From contig NC_042999.1 in assembly GCF_006345805.1 (NCBI RefSeq), positions 122,698,001 to 122,762,000 on the forward strand: a stretch of DNA of 64,000 nucleotides, written 5' to 3'. This DNA comes from Octopus sinensis. Taxonomy: Eukaryota. How positions within the stretch are numbered: the stretch's first letter is position 1; every line of letters starts with the position of its first letter. This document shows positions 63,101-64,000 of the stretch, in pieces. The notes below the pieces were generated by a model, which did not search any database, was not told the origin of the DNA, and saw nothing but the letters and a program-made list of their open reading frames with translations. The translations under genes and the position numbers were made by a program.

Positions 63101-63430
63101 ATAATATAATTTGAGACAAAACCACTATTTTAAAACCAAACAAGGAAAGACTTACTCAATACATAAAATTTTAATATAAATTAAATAAACCGCCACTACA
63201 AATGTTTCATGTCTGTTCCGACAATCTTCAGGTGGATTTTCGATCTTCTAATCAGTATCAAAATTTATTTAATTTATATTAAAATTTTATGTATTGATTA
63301 AGTCTTTCCTTGTTTGGTTTTAAAATAGTGGTTTTGTCTCGAATTATATTATATAATATTTTACTATAAAATTGGATTTAACCCTAAATCTGATTTTTCC
63401 CTGTAATTTTGGATTCATTCCCTAATATTT
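63101..63430. mobile_element. two Penelope pseudo-LTR fragments in inverted arrangement
   Basis: Arms 63101-63189 and 63264-63352 are 87/89 identical. 63280-63430 matches 41440-41590. Confidence 0.8.
63193..63235 (-). ncRNA. type I hammerhead ribozyme motif, intact core
   Basis: CCAC-CUGAAGA-UUGUC GGAACA GACAU-GAAAC AUUU GUA^-GUGG, homologous to 41371-41413. Confidence 0.7.
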
Positions 63431-63432
63431 AT

Positions 63433-63494
<62 letters not shown>

Positions 63495-63714
63495 ATATGT
63501 TCGTGTTTCTGTGTTTATCCTCCCAACATCACTAGACAATGTATATATATATATACAAATCTTTATTTTACTGTCAATTTGTAATAAAAACAATTAAATA
63601 TTAAATGAAGAGTAACTCAATAATTTGGGGCTAGAGTCATCACTGGATTGTGACGGTTAGTGTGCTGAAACTTCAAAGTAACAGTGATCCCCATATTTTA
63701 AAAGTATAACATAT

Positions 63715-63772
<58 letters not shown>

Positions 63773-63868
63773 GTGTGTGTGTGTATAGCAAGGGAGAGAC
63801 AGAGAGTAGTTATTGGTTATGGGCGGTCAGAAAGTTACCATTAGGTTCATGTCTATTTTCGCTCTTAG

Positions 63869-63926
63869 TAATATTCATGACTCATAGGCCTGTTGCCAGA
63901 GGCACATAACCTCTTTACTAATGGAG
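63869..63926 (+). other. candidate 58-nt exon ending ATGGAG|GTAAGA
   Basis: Acceptor tctattttcgctcttAG (63867-63868) and donor GAG|GTAAGA. All three frames contain a stop before a terminal ATG-GAG, so it could only be a UTR or first-coding exon. Confidence 0.25.
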
Positions 63927-64000
63927 GTAAGAATAGTCTTGATCAGCAATGGTTATGAAAAAAAATCCCAGAAACAAAATTTTTCAAAGCAACAACCCCT

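Overview
This is strongly AT-rich, microsatellite-laden eukaryotic DNA, not prokaryotic: I found no operons, rRNA or CRISPR arrays. The repeat families look like those I recognise from Octopus genomes, so a coleoid cephalopod origin is inferred. I found no intact host protein-coding exon. The window reads as intronic or intergenic DNA, possibly one very long + strand intron. It is packed with mobile elements: two young 5'-truncated RTE LINEs with a PHD finger inside the RT, two decayed R4/Dong-type LINEs abutting (TAA)n, several Penelope-like elements (RT, GIY-YIG and terminal-repeat fragments), one complete but dead mariner, two mariner deletion derivatives, a TTAA-flanked MITE, a ~3 kb Helitron derivative, and many tRNA-derived SINEs. 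Three signals stand out. (1) A textbook AG|GTAAGT recursive-splice-type site lies at 8220-8227. (2) Several hammerhead-ribozyme motifs of different families occur in Penelope-type terminal repeats, and two homologous copies show covarying stems. (3) There is an unusual number of long inverted repeats that could form dsRNA, including a perfect 64-bp palindrome. All functional statements are inferences from sequence; no database search or folding program was run.
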